Source: Octopus bimaculoides
Lineage: Eukaryota
DNA length: 64,000 bases
Direction of reading: 5' to 3'
Assembly: GCF_001194135.2 (NCBI RefSeq)
Contig: NC_069002.1
Coordinates: 3,915,284 to 3,979,283 of the forward strand
Under the pieces are notes generated by a model, which saw nothing but the letters and a program-made list of their open reading frames with translations, had not been told where the DNA came from and did not search any database. Both the position numbers and the translations under genes were made by a program. This document shows positions 25,367 through 39,000 of the stretch, in pieces. Every line of letters begins with the position of its first letter. Position 1 is the first letter of the stretch.

Positions 25367-25880
25367 GGCGGCGAGCTGGCAGAAACATTAGCACGCCGGG
25401 TGAAATGTTTAGCGGTATTTCGTCTGCCGTTACGTTCTGAGTTCAAATTCCGCCGAGGTCGACTTTGCCTTTCATCATTTCGGGGTCGATAAATTAAGTA
25501 CCAGTTACGCACTGGGGTCGATGTAATCGACTTAATCTGTTTGTCTGTCCTTGTTTGTCCCCTTTAGGTGGCGAGCTGGCAGAACCGGTAACACACGGGA
25601 CAAAATGCAGTGGAGGCAAAGAATACGCACCACCACCCGTCTTCGGTGTAACCTCAACCGCCGAAAAACTGGTGGTGTGCGTATTCTTTACCTTCGTTCA
25701 AAATATTTAGTGGCATTTTGTTCATCTTTTATGTTCTGAGTTCAAATTCCGCCGAGGTAGACTTTGCCTTTCATCCTTCTTAGGTCGATGAAATAAGTAC
25801 TAGTTGAGCACTAGGATCGATGGAATCGACTTACACCCTTCTCCCAAATTGCTGGCCTTGTGCCAAAATTTGAAACCAAC
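25367..25880 (+). mobile_element. Two tandem tRNA-derived SINEs (family C)
   Basis: GGCGGCGAGCTGGCAGAA..TTAGCAC..GTTCTGAGTTCAAATTCCGCCGAGGTCGACTTTGCCTTTCATC starts at 25367 and again at about 25568. Confidence 0.8.
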
Positions 25881-27535
25881 ATCAGATCATGATTCGGTAG
25901 AAATAACAGCAAAATCTACTTTATATCACACAACTGTATTAAAACACATGCGCACACACATAAGAAGTCTTGATCTGGACGCCACCCAACAAAAAAACTC
26001 CTCAGAAAAGAAAAAAAAAACGTGATGATATTAATCTAATGTCTTTCATCAGAAATATCCAGAGCCGATGTGTGGCTGTTCTCGTTAACTGAAGTTTGTG
26101 GCTTGCTGTGTTGTACACACACACGTGTATATGCTAAAATATAGAAAACTAACAAACGTTGATCGAATATAGAACCACCCAGTGCCTATGTTAAATTTAA
26201 TAAATCTTTATTATAAAGTTCTTGAAAATGACTGTAAAAAGTTTCAGGCGGTTCCTTCGTTTTCAAACTGCTTCAATAAACTACCACCTGTGATACACAC
26301 ACATATATGTTTGGTAATACAAACAAGATAAAGTACATCAACTTCTAATTTTAAATTGGCAGAAGTTATAGGATCATTAGTGTCTCAAGAGCAGAGAGTT
26401 TCGTATAATGATACCATACTTTGATAAGTGACACACGAAATTCTCAGCCTTCGAGTCACTTTGTAGCTACGTCGACTAAAAGTAATATATATTTGATGAA
26501 AGATCGAGCTGTTAATGACTTTAAACATATATGTTTTAAATCATTAATTGTTTAATGTATATGTATGTGTATACGTGTATAAATTTGGTGACAACGAAGT
26601 TTCGCCGGTTGTAGCTTTTTCATAAAATTTGAATTAGCCAGCACTGAAAAAAAAATGCTATACATGTATAATATATGTGTGTGTATTTGTGTTATGTATG
26701 TATATATATATATATATATAAAATTTTATATACATTATATGGCCTGTATATATATATATGTACACACACTCACTCACACATACATACATACAAATGACCT
26801 CATCGAATGTCGCTCATTTGCGTCAAAGTTTGAACTGAATTGAGTTAATCATTATTGAATTTCGAAGGAAGACAGTTTTTTTTTTCGAAAAAAAGTAAAG
26901 TGGCGGGAAAAGAAAAATGAATGGCTTTGAATTAACTCCCCGAAATCATTCGATGTTGGAGGAAAAAGAAACCTGCCTAGTTCTCGTTAACTTAAACTTT
27001 TAACGAATGATATAAAGATTATTATTATTATCATTATTAGAAAAGTAATTAAAAAGTTACCCGGAATTTATGAATATAATTGAATAACGAGATAATTTTT
27101 GAAAAATTGATTAGTGCTTGTGTTGGTGGAGGTGGGGAAAAAATTATAGTCTAAAAAGAAAATGAAAGAATGAGAGGAAAAGAAAGACTGAGAGAGAGAA
27201 GTGCAAAATAAAGAGAGCGGGAGGGAGAGAGACAAGGAATTAATGTGATAGAGTAAGAGAAACAGTGTAGTTGGAGAAAAAGTAAAAAGAAAGTAAAAGA
27301 GTAAAAGGAACGGAAGAAGTGAGAGTAACATGGAGGCAAAGAGGATGTGTGGACGTAAGAACGACGTAGAAAAGATAAGAAGAAATGAATGAATTAGTAA
27401 GGGAGAGGAGGATTTCGTGAGAGGGTGGAAAAAAAGAAGGAAAAAAACAAGCGCTCGTGTGTTCATCATATCTATATGCTAGGCGCGTAACAAGTGGCTG
27501 CAATGTTAGGAAGTTGAGAAACAGCTGTGAAAGAT

Positions 27536-27545
27536 AGCCAATCAG
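27536..27545 (+). promoter_or_regulatory. CCAAT (NF-Y) box in putative KPNB1 promoter
   Basis: AGCCAATCAG inside a CpG-containing island within a purine-rich tract, about 650 bp upstream of the KPNB1 ATG. Confidence 0.45.
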
Positions 27546-28194
27546 AAGAGGCGTCTTTTGGAAGAAGAAGAAAAAAGAAAGAAGACGAGAAAGAGAAGTA
27601 GAGTTAGACAGGGAGAAGAAAGTGAAAAAAAGGAGGGTTAAGAGAAAGAAAGAAGAAATAGAGAAGTAGAGAAAGATAGGAAGAAGAAGGGAGGGGTTAA
27701 GGTCGGTGATGTATGTGAGTTTTTGAGGAAGGATAACTCTTGTCTTACTCACTCTGTGTGTGTGTTTGAGTAAGTCAGCCACTCAGTCCACTTATTGTTC
27801 AAAGCATCCCCACATGGGGGTCTAACCCGAGAGGTTTTTTTTTGGCACGAAATATCAATTTTTTTTGTTAAAACACAACTTTTTTTTTGGTCTTGGTCCT
27901 ATTATATAAGCCTCCTGTGACAACAATTACTGTGATTATTTGAAAATAAGATCAAGCAGGAAAGAGAAGAAGAAAAAAAAAACGTACTAAACTGGTTGGA
28001 CATTTAAAAAAAAAATTATTATTCTGTCTGTGTCTGTCTTTTTCTCCCTCTCTGTCTCTTCACATATTAATCTGTTCTTCCTCTGGTTTAAAACAACACT
28101 ACATCAAGAAGAATATATATAAATTATCTATATATATATAAAGAATCCGGCTAAGTAATTGAGAGGCGCATCATTCGAAAAAATCATAACCGCC

Positions 28195-30234
28195 ATGAAT
28201 CTGATTACAGTTCTCGAGAAGACCGTTTCCACTGGTAAGAATTAAACCATTTTTACTGATATTTAAAAAAAAATATACACACACACACATTCACAGATAT
28301 CTCTGTGTATCAAAATTATATGTGTATTTCAAATATATAACATAATATTCATTTAATACTTGGGATTATTTCAAAGGTTATTCCTTATTTTATTCGATAA
28401 ACACACACATATATATATTTATATAAATATAAACATGTATTAGAATGTATATATTTTAATATATACATCGTTTTTTTCGCTTCTGAATTAGTCTTTTAAC
28501 GACGATACCATCATACCTTCTTACCAACCGACAAGATACCGGCTACTTCAGTCAGGAAACATGGCTATTGACATACATACATACAAGCATATACATACTT
28601 ACATACATCTATCTATACATATTCGTGTAGATGGAGGAAATTACTATACACATCCATTTATAATCTGGTTTATTTATCTGTAAATTTATTACGTATATAA
28701 TTACAAATTGATAGATTTTTTTTCTGCAATCCGTTTTCTTTTCACACCTCCATCTCTTCAAAGACTTAGACAGAAAAACTATTAGCTGTATAATAATCAG
28801 TTTTTGTCGGCGAAATAGTGTATATATATATATATATATGTATATATAATGCCGACAACGTGTATTACTCATAGTAGTAGTAATATATTATGTAAGACTT
28901 CATTATATATATATATGTATATATATTAATTTCACATGATGCGTGAAAATTAATTGAATATCTTTATTTTTTTTCAGAAACAAGTGAGCTTGAAACAGCG
29001 CAACAATTCCTGGAACAAGCCGCTCTACAAAATCTAGTAAGTATATAGCTATATACCACACAAACACACATGTAAAAATGTGTCTGTGTAAGCTATGTAA
29101 ATTGTGGCCTTTCAGATTTAGAGGGGAATGTGACATGCTCGAACCATATATCCTTGTTTTAATCAGACTGCGGCCATGCTGGGGCACCGCCTCGGAGGAT
29201 TTTTTTTTTTATTCGAACGAATCGACCCCAGTACTTATTTTTTCTAACTTGGTGCTTATTCGATCGTTCTGTTGCGTGTGTGTATGTATGTATATATATA
29301 TATATATATATGTACACGCAACAGAACGATATATATGTATTGTGTGGATACGTTGTGAATCTGAGATTGACATGGAGATAAATGATTGCTATAGATATAG
29401 ATAAATCGATAGCTATAGACACATACACACGCACATATATATATATATACATATATATATGTGCGTGTGATGCAGACATTGTAATAGAACTTCTTAGCGA
29501 TATAAAGTTACTAATAGTAATAGAGAGGGGAGAAGGGGGAGCTAGTGAGAAAGAGGGAAGGGGAGAAGAAACGTGAATTGAGCGGCAGTGAGAAAGTGAC
29601 ATGTAGTGATGGTGTGAGTGGAGTGACAGACGAAGGTAGAAAAGTTTAGCGAGGGGCAGAGAGATAAAGATAGAAAGGGTAAGAACGTTGACTAGTCGGT
29701 CCTATCCAATATGGCTACTGAAGGCCGATTGTTGAGGATTTAAAAGGTCTACAAAGAAACCCAGTTATTAATGAGACTAATTTAAACATTAAGGAAATAA
29801 CTTCTATTTGGTCCTTTCGTCCTTTTGTGTGTTTTTTTTTTATATCAAAAGGCTTNNNNNNNNNNGTGTGTTTTTTTTTTATATCAAAAGGCTTTTTTTT
29901 TTTTTAGTTAAATAAAAACTATCTTCTGTTATGTGAATGTTTGAAAAATTTTAGTCGTTGGTTTGGCTTGTCTTAATTATCAAGGTTTTTCTCAGAATAG
30001 GGACGATTGTTAGTTATTGTTGCATCATGTTTATATATATATACGTACGTGTGTGTGTGTGTGCTTGATTAATCGAATACTAAAATGGTTGTATGTAAAT
30101 GTTGCTGCGATTCAGCCAGTCTAGCTTTTATTATTGGGGCAGTTTGATTTAAAGATTGTTTCCTCCACTCATGGTTTAATTTTATCTTCCGGTAACTGTG
30201 TGTGTGTGTATATATATATGGTACTGTGTGTGTG

Positions 30235-30280
<46 letters not shown>

Positions 30281-32959
30281 GTACTGTGTGTATGTGTATA
30301 TATATATATATATAATGTATTGGTATAGTCATTCTCTCAGTGCAAATGTGTTACATTTTAATGTCATACAAATGTTCATTCCGTGCCGCCAAATTATCTT
30401 CACGTTGCTACCTTTCTATTGCTATTTGTTAAAAGCCCACGACAGATCTTCTAAACTGCTTTACATATGTTTGGGATTTCTTTCTTTCTTTCTTTTTTTT
30501 GAAAACATTTAAATGCGAAAGGAAATCGATATTTTCAATAAGACTTTTTTTTTTTTTTCTGATGATTTTAATGGAATTTGAATGCGATCGGTAATTATCC
30601 GCAGCGGAACGGTTTTCGGCTAAGAAGCAGAAATTGATGGATGCATTTACGTATGATTTGTGTCGTCTATTTATGAGCCAACATTTATATATATACGTAA
30701 AGATACACACACACATAATATATATATGTGTGCTGTCACACGTGTGTGGATAACTTTTCGTGTTAAATTCCCAAACGCCATGTCAGAACTCGGTCCAAGA
30801 GATATAATTGTGTGTGTGTGTATTACATGTATGTGCATTACTAAGAATTGTGAAATGGCGTTTGAAATTTGACATGAAAAGTTAGACATTCTCGTGTGTG
30901 TTTCACTCGCTATACATACCGATTAATAATTCTAGCGATAGTCTACTACAGAAAAGCGAGGGGGATACAGGTTGAGGCTTTCTGCTCTTTATAGAAAGAC
31001 ATTTACTATATTGGCAGACGTACACGTGTGTGGGTGTGTTGTGCGAATATCAGACCATCGTGGAAATGGTATCCCTGTCGATCTAAAAAGGATTGTCTTA
31101 AGAGGAATGATGTTCGTTATTTTAGCACGAGGTCAACCCAAATTAAACATTCTCTGCCTAGCTACAATAGATGTTCTTCCTTTTTTATTTAAGACGGGGC
31201 GATTAAATTTGGTTGCTATTTCTAGCAAAAGCGGTTACAGTGAAAGGCCATCTCGTATAGAGGAGTGGTTAGTATTAAAGTTAGTACAAGGGTAAGAGTT
31301 CTATAACATGAACCGTGTAAAGCGTAATTGGTGGTGATCGTGGTAGTTTCTTAATCGAAATACCATCTCTACTACTTTTTAAAATCCTGACTAATCTGTT
31401 GCCGCCTGTTGGTGTTGGTCGTGGTAGTAGCTAAGATAATTAACCGTCTGATTTTTTTCCCCCTTTTTGTCTTTATTTCGTGAAATATTTCGGCAGATAT
31501 CACATCCTCTACAGTCTAGTTCAGATTCTGTTGTTGATTAAAGTGTACGTACGTACGTGTGTGTGGTCGTTACGCAGTTGTTAAAACTGAAATCTCATTC
31601 AAATCGACCGTTGAGCTATGTCGTTGCTAGTTGTAAGGTTTTATATTGTGGTGTTGGTTGTAATATAGCATCAGTTGTGACGTTCTGATGACTATATAAT
31701 AGTAATAGTGGTAAAAGTCGTGGTGGATACACACATACAGTTTGAGTGCTGTTGTCGGTGGTGGTGGTGGTGGTCGACACTAGCTGCTTTCCCACTTCCT
31801 CCCGCCATTCTGCATGCAATTAGCGAAACGTTTCGACGACTTCGGGTAGATTTTAGTCTGGACTCGGAACAACTCGGCTGACACCCGTTTCATACAGAAA
31901 CGGATTTCGTGTTCAATTATTAACCCTTTCCCTCCTACAAATGTGTCTAAAACAAAGGAGACCCTTCCTTCAACCACTTGCTATCCACTTCTCTTCGACT
32001 CTAGTTGCCATGTTGTGTCAATTGTGTTGCAATTAAAAATTATTGTAAAACGTTGGTGTAAATGATATGTGTGTGTGTGTGTATATTGTACTTTGTACTG
32101 CTAGTACAATGGTTTAGTTTTGTATTGTCTATAATGTGTGTCACATTTGTGTCTACTGCGTGCACTGACATTTTAAAATGAATATTAATCGAGGAGGTTA
32201 GATACACACCGGACTGATGGTTGGTCAACGACTTCCGAGTTCGTATCACACTGCAGGCGTTTTTGATGTCTCGTGTGGAACTTTAAATGCTGTCTGTGGA
32301 TAATTTTGGCCAGCATGTTACATCTGATAGAATATACATATATCCTGGTTAGAAGTAGTAAAACGGGTAGAATCGAATGGACTTGCTCTACATCGGCAAA
32401 TAGTAATTGCAAAGAGCCTTTTGATACTAACCTACCCCATATCACCCTCGGTAATTATTTTTTTAGGGAAAAAAAGGCAACGGATGTCAACAAAACTATG
32501 GGGATAAAAGAATAGTGAAGCAGTTGCTGTATTGTGGGTTAATAAAACGACTGTCTTAAAATATTGTGGGACAAGTTTGAGAAAGAGTATTACTATCATA
32601 TAATTTAGAATTCTGAAGTCACAACCTGATATTAGTTGTGTAGCCAGACCAGACCCTAGTGTGCTGGAGTGGTAATTGATTATGCCCTGTTGTTGCTGCT
32701 ATTAGCTAGGTTAGTTGGTTGGATTGATGTAAGCTAATTGCAGTGTTGTGGAGAGATTTCGCCTCTGAACTAAACAAGCCGAATATATTTTGCTGGTTCT
32801 TTGGTGTTGGTGCAAGTGATATAAGTTGCACAGACACGAGTAGAAGTTTTTGGCTGCCGACCATTAAGTGCACTGGTGATCACAACTATTAAGTAGCATT
32901 ATTAATGCTAACTCGGAATGTCTTGCTAACTCACTCACATACTCTTCCCTACACTCCTG

Positions 32960-33004
<45 letters not shown>

Positions 33005-33014
33005 NNNNNNNNNN

Positions 33015-33056
<42 letters not shown>

Positions 33057-36000
33057 CTAACTTTATAAACTAAAACTTATGAATCACAGTATAGGTGCTA
33101 CTTTTTATCTAAGTGTTTCAGACAGACTACAGCCATGCAGACTACTACGAAGGATTTTAAAGTCAAATAAATCAACCCCAGGTTGTTTTTTTTTTTTTTT
33201 CAAGGACTGGTACATCTATCAGTCTCTATTTGCCGAACTGCTAACTTACAGGGATGTAAACAAACAGTTGCCATGTTTGTCTCATGTTAACTACTGCAGT
33301 ATAGTTTTTTTTAACAGAACTTCCATGTTTAAGTGAGGTTTCTATAACTGGTAGCTCTTCCTGCATCATTTAAGTGTACAGGGGGCTTTTACTGTGGCAC
33401 CGGCATGTGAGGTTACCAATGTCTTGAAAGTGGTGAGAACAGGAACAAGTGTCTTGCTTAAGAGGAGATACATTGCTTCCCCAGCTAGAGAAAGAGAGAG
33501 GGGGATGGTGAGAGTGTAGCCTCAATGTACACGGTGAATGGGGATTGAGGAATAGAAAGGATGGGGGTAGATAGGATTTTGAAAAAGAATGTGACTGATG
33601 ATTAGAGATGGGGATTGAATTGGATGCAGGGAATATCACTTGGGGGATGGAGAACTGAAGGAAATAGCCAGTGGGTCGGTTAAAGTTACCTTCTCGTCAT
33701 GCCGACTCAAGGCTTAGTTTCTCAGTTTCCATGGTGTTATAAATTCCCCAGCTGAGTGGGATGCTGGTCTGTCGTAGGATTACTCATTTTTGCCAGCTGA
33801 GTGTACTTGAGCAACGTGAAATGAAGTGTTTTGCTCAAGAACACACGTCCAGAAGTCGAAAGCACAATCTTCTGATCGTGAGTCCCAACACCTGAACCAC
33901 TAAGCCATGTTCCTCCAAGTGGGTTAGCGTACAGTGTGGAGTGGATGGTTTTTATTTACTGCACCTGAGTGAGTTGTACCACCGTTACATCCCGTGATGA
34001 AATGGAGGCCCAATAGATGAAGCTGATGTTGGCCCATCACCTTCATTTTCAACTCTTCAGCACTCGGATTACTCAAATGTAATTGCTTATTCATGTTGTC
34101 TTGAATTAATCATATATTACCTCTTAACTTTGAAATTTCAGTGATGTGATTGTTTTTAGAATAACATTGTAGGATAGATGTGAGAGGCCAGATCTGGCTG
34201 GTTTGAACATGAAACAGGTTGAATATTATGGATGGTTTAAATGCTAAAGGGTTAATACAGACTGCTTTTTTACTGCCAGTTTGAATTCAAATAACCATTT
34301 AGGGGTGAAATGTCATTGTTTTTTGTGATGAACCATTTTCCCAATCTCAGAATGGGAGTTTTCTACAATTATTATTGTCAAGTAATTTCTTAGCTGGACA
34401 TATCTTGCATACACCAGAACCATTATCAGTGATTGAAGAGAAACTTTAGCAAATGTCAAACTTTCCTCTTGTTTGCACCGTTCTTTCTACTGCAAGGTTA
34501 TATTTTGGACTGTAAGTCGAGCTATGAATTTTCTTGCAACCAAATTGGTTGGTTAGAATCTGGTTTATTGCCTTGCACTGTCATTGGAATGTCAAATCTA
34601 GGAAAGAACAGGCTTCAGTGCATTTAATGGCTGAGTCAACTATAATCAACACATTCCCAGTATTTTTTTTTATATGTATCCCTAGTCTATATGTAATCTT
34701 TCTTGAGAGCACTTATCAAGTACAAGGGGTGCGTTTAACCCTTAAACTGTGAAATAAAATTTCATGGTTATTCTGGCAATGATGGTAAATATCTACCCCC
34801 AAAAAATAGACATGGTATTTTTTGCAGTTCACAATACCTTAGCAAACATGACATGGCCTCAACAGAAAATAGTCCCAAACCTGACATTCCGCAGCCAAAA
34901 GATAAGCATTTCTTTTGACAGTAATCTGAATGCTAAAGGGTTAATGTTTTAAATGATTGATAATAAACAAATACTAAATTATTCCATTCTGACATAGGTG
35001 TGTCAATGTAACAAATACTATCAAACTGATATGATATTGTGTACTTAAGCACACCAAAATGATTGCTGGTTTTATCTGGCATGTGAGTGATTTTGAAATC
35101 GGTGATAATGATAGCTTTCCCAGAAACATCCCTTGGAAAATGAGTAATAGTTGATAGGTTTGCTTTTGCTGCCTTGCGCTTTTGCATTCAGTTCCACTGC
35201 ACAGCAAGCGTTTTGTAGTGCTAAGCCAACCAAATCCTTATGAGTGGATTTAGTGGGCAACATTGGCAAGAAATCTAAAAATTTGTCTCTACCTGTCTTA
35301 ATATCGTACTAATTGGAAACGAACGTCACTTGTGCAAGTGATGCTGCTTGTTTACAATCTTCTGTGAAAACCTGTCCAGCTATTGTGCCCTGAGTCCTTG
35401 AAAGACTGGTTGTGGGGATGGATATTACCTTGCTTAGAAACCTGATGAATAGCGACAGGAAAATAATCTGGCTGTAGATCTACCTCTATGAATTAAGCAT
35501 GGAAAAATGGATGTTAAAACAATCCGTCTCCCGCATGAAAGATTTCCCAGCTGTAAAATGTCTTTCAACACATATCACTGGGTGAGTTTTTATGTTGGAT
35601 GTTGCTCCGATTTCTCAGAATCAAAGTATGACTAACATTCTGGCAGTTTTTCATTCTGAAACATTCTTGCTACTGCAAATTCAGAAGTTGTTTTACATTT
35701 GACAGAATCTTATCAAAACGGGTTCTTCTGTCTTCTCAGCTTGTTCTCAATGGTTTTCTCATTCCTTTTTGCTGTTAGAAGCAGCTGAACTATGTCTGCA
35801 AATTTTCAGTATTACTCTTTAGCATTCAGATCACTCTGTCAAACGTTACACTTATTTATTCATTGTTTTGAATTAATCATGCATTATCCTGTAGCTTCAT
35901 GATATCGGTGGTGTGGTTAACTTTTAGAACAACACAGTTGTGTAGGTGTGAGGGGCAAATCTGGCAGCTTTGAATGTAAAACAATGTTTAAGCCAAATAT

Positions 36001-39000
36001 AACCGTTTGAAGTGTTAAAAAGATAGATAAACTATCGATAGTTTAATAACACCATATATTTGGAGCACATCTGTTGAATTTTGTCATAGTGTCTATGGAA
36101 AATGCATAATTAATGCATTGGGATTAATTAGCTCTTTTCAGATTGGCAATGACATCATCTTGACTCTTTTATTCTGGGTTGCTGCAGAAGCAAGTGTATA
36201 ATCATGTTTATGCCATTGATTCCCTTCTGTATGGAATCTATAGAACATTGGGAAATGGAGCTGCTATTTCTGAGACCCAGCTGAAGACTATTAAAGACCA
36301 TTATTTTTGTTTATTGTAGACATTTGCGTAGTCCTTATCCAAATTGTTAGTTTGCACTCTTGTACTAAGCTAGGACGCTACTCCCTTGAGGGATTCAGTT
36401 GAACAAATCAACCTCAGTCTCTATTTCAAGTGTGGTATTTATTCAGTCGGTCTCTTTTTGCTAAACTACTGTTAGGGATGTAAACAAACCTCAGTTGTCA
36501 AGCAGACACGTGCGTTTCCACCCAGTTTATTCCTACTAGATCCACTCGAGGTGTTGGTCAGCCTGTGGCTATACAAGAAGACACTGGTCAACCTGCTGTG
36601 CAGTTACACTGACCCCCATACCCTGTGTCTACCAAGCGAATTTTAAACCAAGCCGGCTTCTGCCTTTGTAGATATATTCCAAATTTTCACAACACCAGTG
36701 CGACCTGAATAGGATTATTCTGTTGGATTGTACCATACCCTCTAGTCCAAACATATTTGGTTAGTAATTTGGTGCTTAGAATTCAGTATATTGTCTTTAA
36801 GAGCTACCAAAGACTTAATACTTAAAACTACTTGAGAACGGTGCTTCTAGATTTCCCAGTCTTCCATAAGTTGTTTCCATGGTAATAAACCATGGCCAAC
36901 CAATAATCCATTTGTTCACATTTATCTTCATGTTCCAATAGTTTTTTTCTTTTTTTGTTAGTGATTTTCTTTTGTGACAAGTTCAGAGCTGTCTTTTTCA
37001 TTAAATAGATTGAATCTGTCCTTGGTCATCTTTCTTGGATATCATTTAGCTGGACTAAATAACTATCATCTGCCAAATTCCCAAACATTGTGACTAGCTT
37101 ATATCAGTTTTAACTTTAGACAGACATACATGTGGCTCTGTGGTCAAGTAACTTACTTTCCAGCCATGTAGTTTCAAGTTCAGTCCCACTGCATGGCAAC
37201 TTGGGTAAATGTCTTCAACTATAGTTCGAGCTGACAAGCCTTGAGTAAATTTGGTAGAGGGAAAGTGAAAGAAGCTTGTTTTATGCACACACACACGTTT
37301 TCTTTTTGATGTCATGATAGTTATAAACAGGTGTTATTGTCATGCAAGCTGTCATTTCCAATTATCCGTGAAAGTATATTTGGTCATGGGGAAATATTAC
37401 CTTGCTTGGAAACGGGTGAGGGTTTGGTAACAGAATGGACATTTTACTGTAGAGCATATGATGCATCAGTGAATTCCATTTGACCCATGCAGGCATGGAA
37501 AAGTCTGTACACTCTCTTGGTTAGATTTTTTATCAATTGTGTTGTTTTCTGATCTATATCAGCATCGCAAATAAACTGAAGGAAAACAAGGTTTTACAAA
37601 GATCCTTAATATAGTAATTCTATATGGAATTATACTTCCTTGTAACTCGCAGTCTCAATGTAGGGAATTAATTCTGGGTCAGTTGGAAACCTGTGAGTAA
37701 AACAACTTAAAATGTATCTTAAAATGTATTTTCTAACTTTTTCAGCCTGAGCTATTAAAGAAATTATCTGACATCTTAAAACATGGAGGGAATAGTCCAG
37801 TGGCCCGTATGCAAGCCGGTCTACAGCTCAAAAATGCTGTTTATTCCAAGGATCCAGCAATTAAAACCACTTACCAACAGCGATGGCTCCAGTTTAACGA
37901 AGAAATACGAGTATATATAAAGAAAAATGTGAGTTGAAGGTTTTTTGTTTTTCTAATAAATTATGGTCTTGAAATCTTGCAAATAATATTGAGATTGTTT
38001 TACATTTGTTTGTGTTGATAGGAGATTAGTTTTCCAAAACTAATATACTGTTTAAACAGATGCCTCTAGATTTTTCTTGGCTATTTTCTGTTGAATTCAG
38101 CTTTTCCAAGGTTCCTTTTAAAAATTTTAGCTCTTGATATAAATCTACACATTTAAATTCATATTTTGAAGACAGAACATGTGACAGTAAATGCACCCCA
38201 TCGAAGAGGGCAGCAACTTAGCTTGGATAGAGAGGATTCCTAAGACTTGGTGCAGTAAACTCTGTAGTGCTGATGGCACAATAAAATGCACTCTGTCCAG
38301 GTCATAAAGTAGCTGGCAAGAAGAAGGATATTCAGCTATAAAAAGTATGGCATATACAAGTGATGTTTTTCTGTTTGGATGAAGAACCATGAGAAGTTGC
38401 ATGATGAAATAGATCTAACCCACAACAGGCAGCGGAGGGGACTGAATTGGACATAAAATGAGGATTAAATTCCAGCTAAACAGATCTTATTCATCACACC
38501 CTACCATCTTAAATGATGAGCAATGTAAGGTAATATAATTTTATGGCTGGATGCTAACGCAAAATATTACCAATCCAAACAGCACTGAATTGATGATATA
38601 TAAAATATACAGAGGTCGCCAATGTTGGAATATTTATCATAAATCAGCTGGATGTTTTAAAAGCTGCTTTATAAGAGAAAAGTGTTCTCTATTGAAGTGT
38701 ACTCTGTCTAAACTCTGTATTGGTTTAATGTTTTGGCAGGAAGGGCATCCAGCCATAGAAACCATACCATGATAGGCAACTGGGGTGTGAAAAGCTCCCT
38801 GTTTGCCAGTTATATATCAAACCATCGAACCCATGCCAGCATGGAAAGTGGATGTTAAATGATGATGATAGTTTTAGTTGCTTGTATTTTGTTGATATAT
38901 TAATGCTTTCTAGTCATTGTTTCCAATGTTATTAAACTGGTATCTTTTATGCTTCTTGCAGGTTTTGGAGTCATTAGGGACTGAAACCATTCGTCCAAGT

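Noticed and set aside
25367-25460. tRNA-like A/B-box sequences here and at 42, 9600 and 10066
   Set aside because: These are SINE heads that continue into SINE bodies, and no complete cloverleaf was found.
29826-29895. 30-bp direct repeat flanking a 10-N gap
   Set aside because: This is a typical unmerged contig overlap (assembly artefact).
38400-38446. ATGATGA...CTGA resembling a C/D snoRNA
   Set aside because: It is too short, has no terminal stem, and lies in a repeat remnant.
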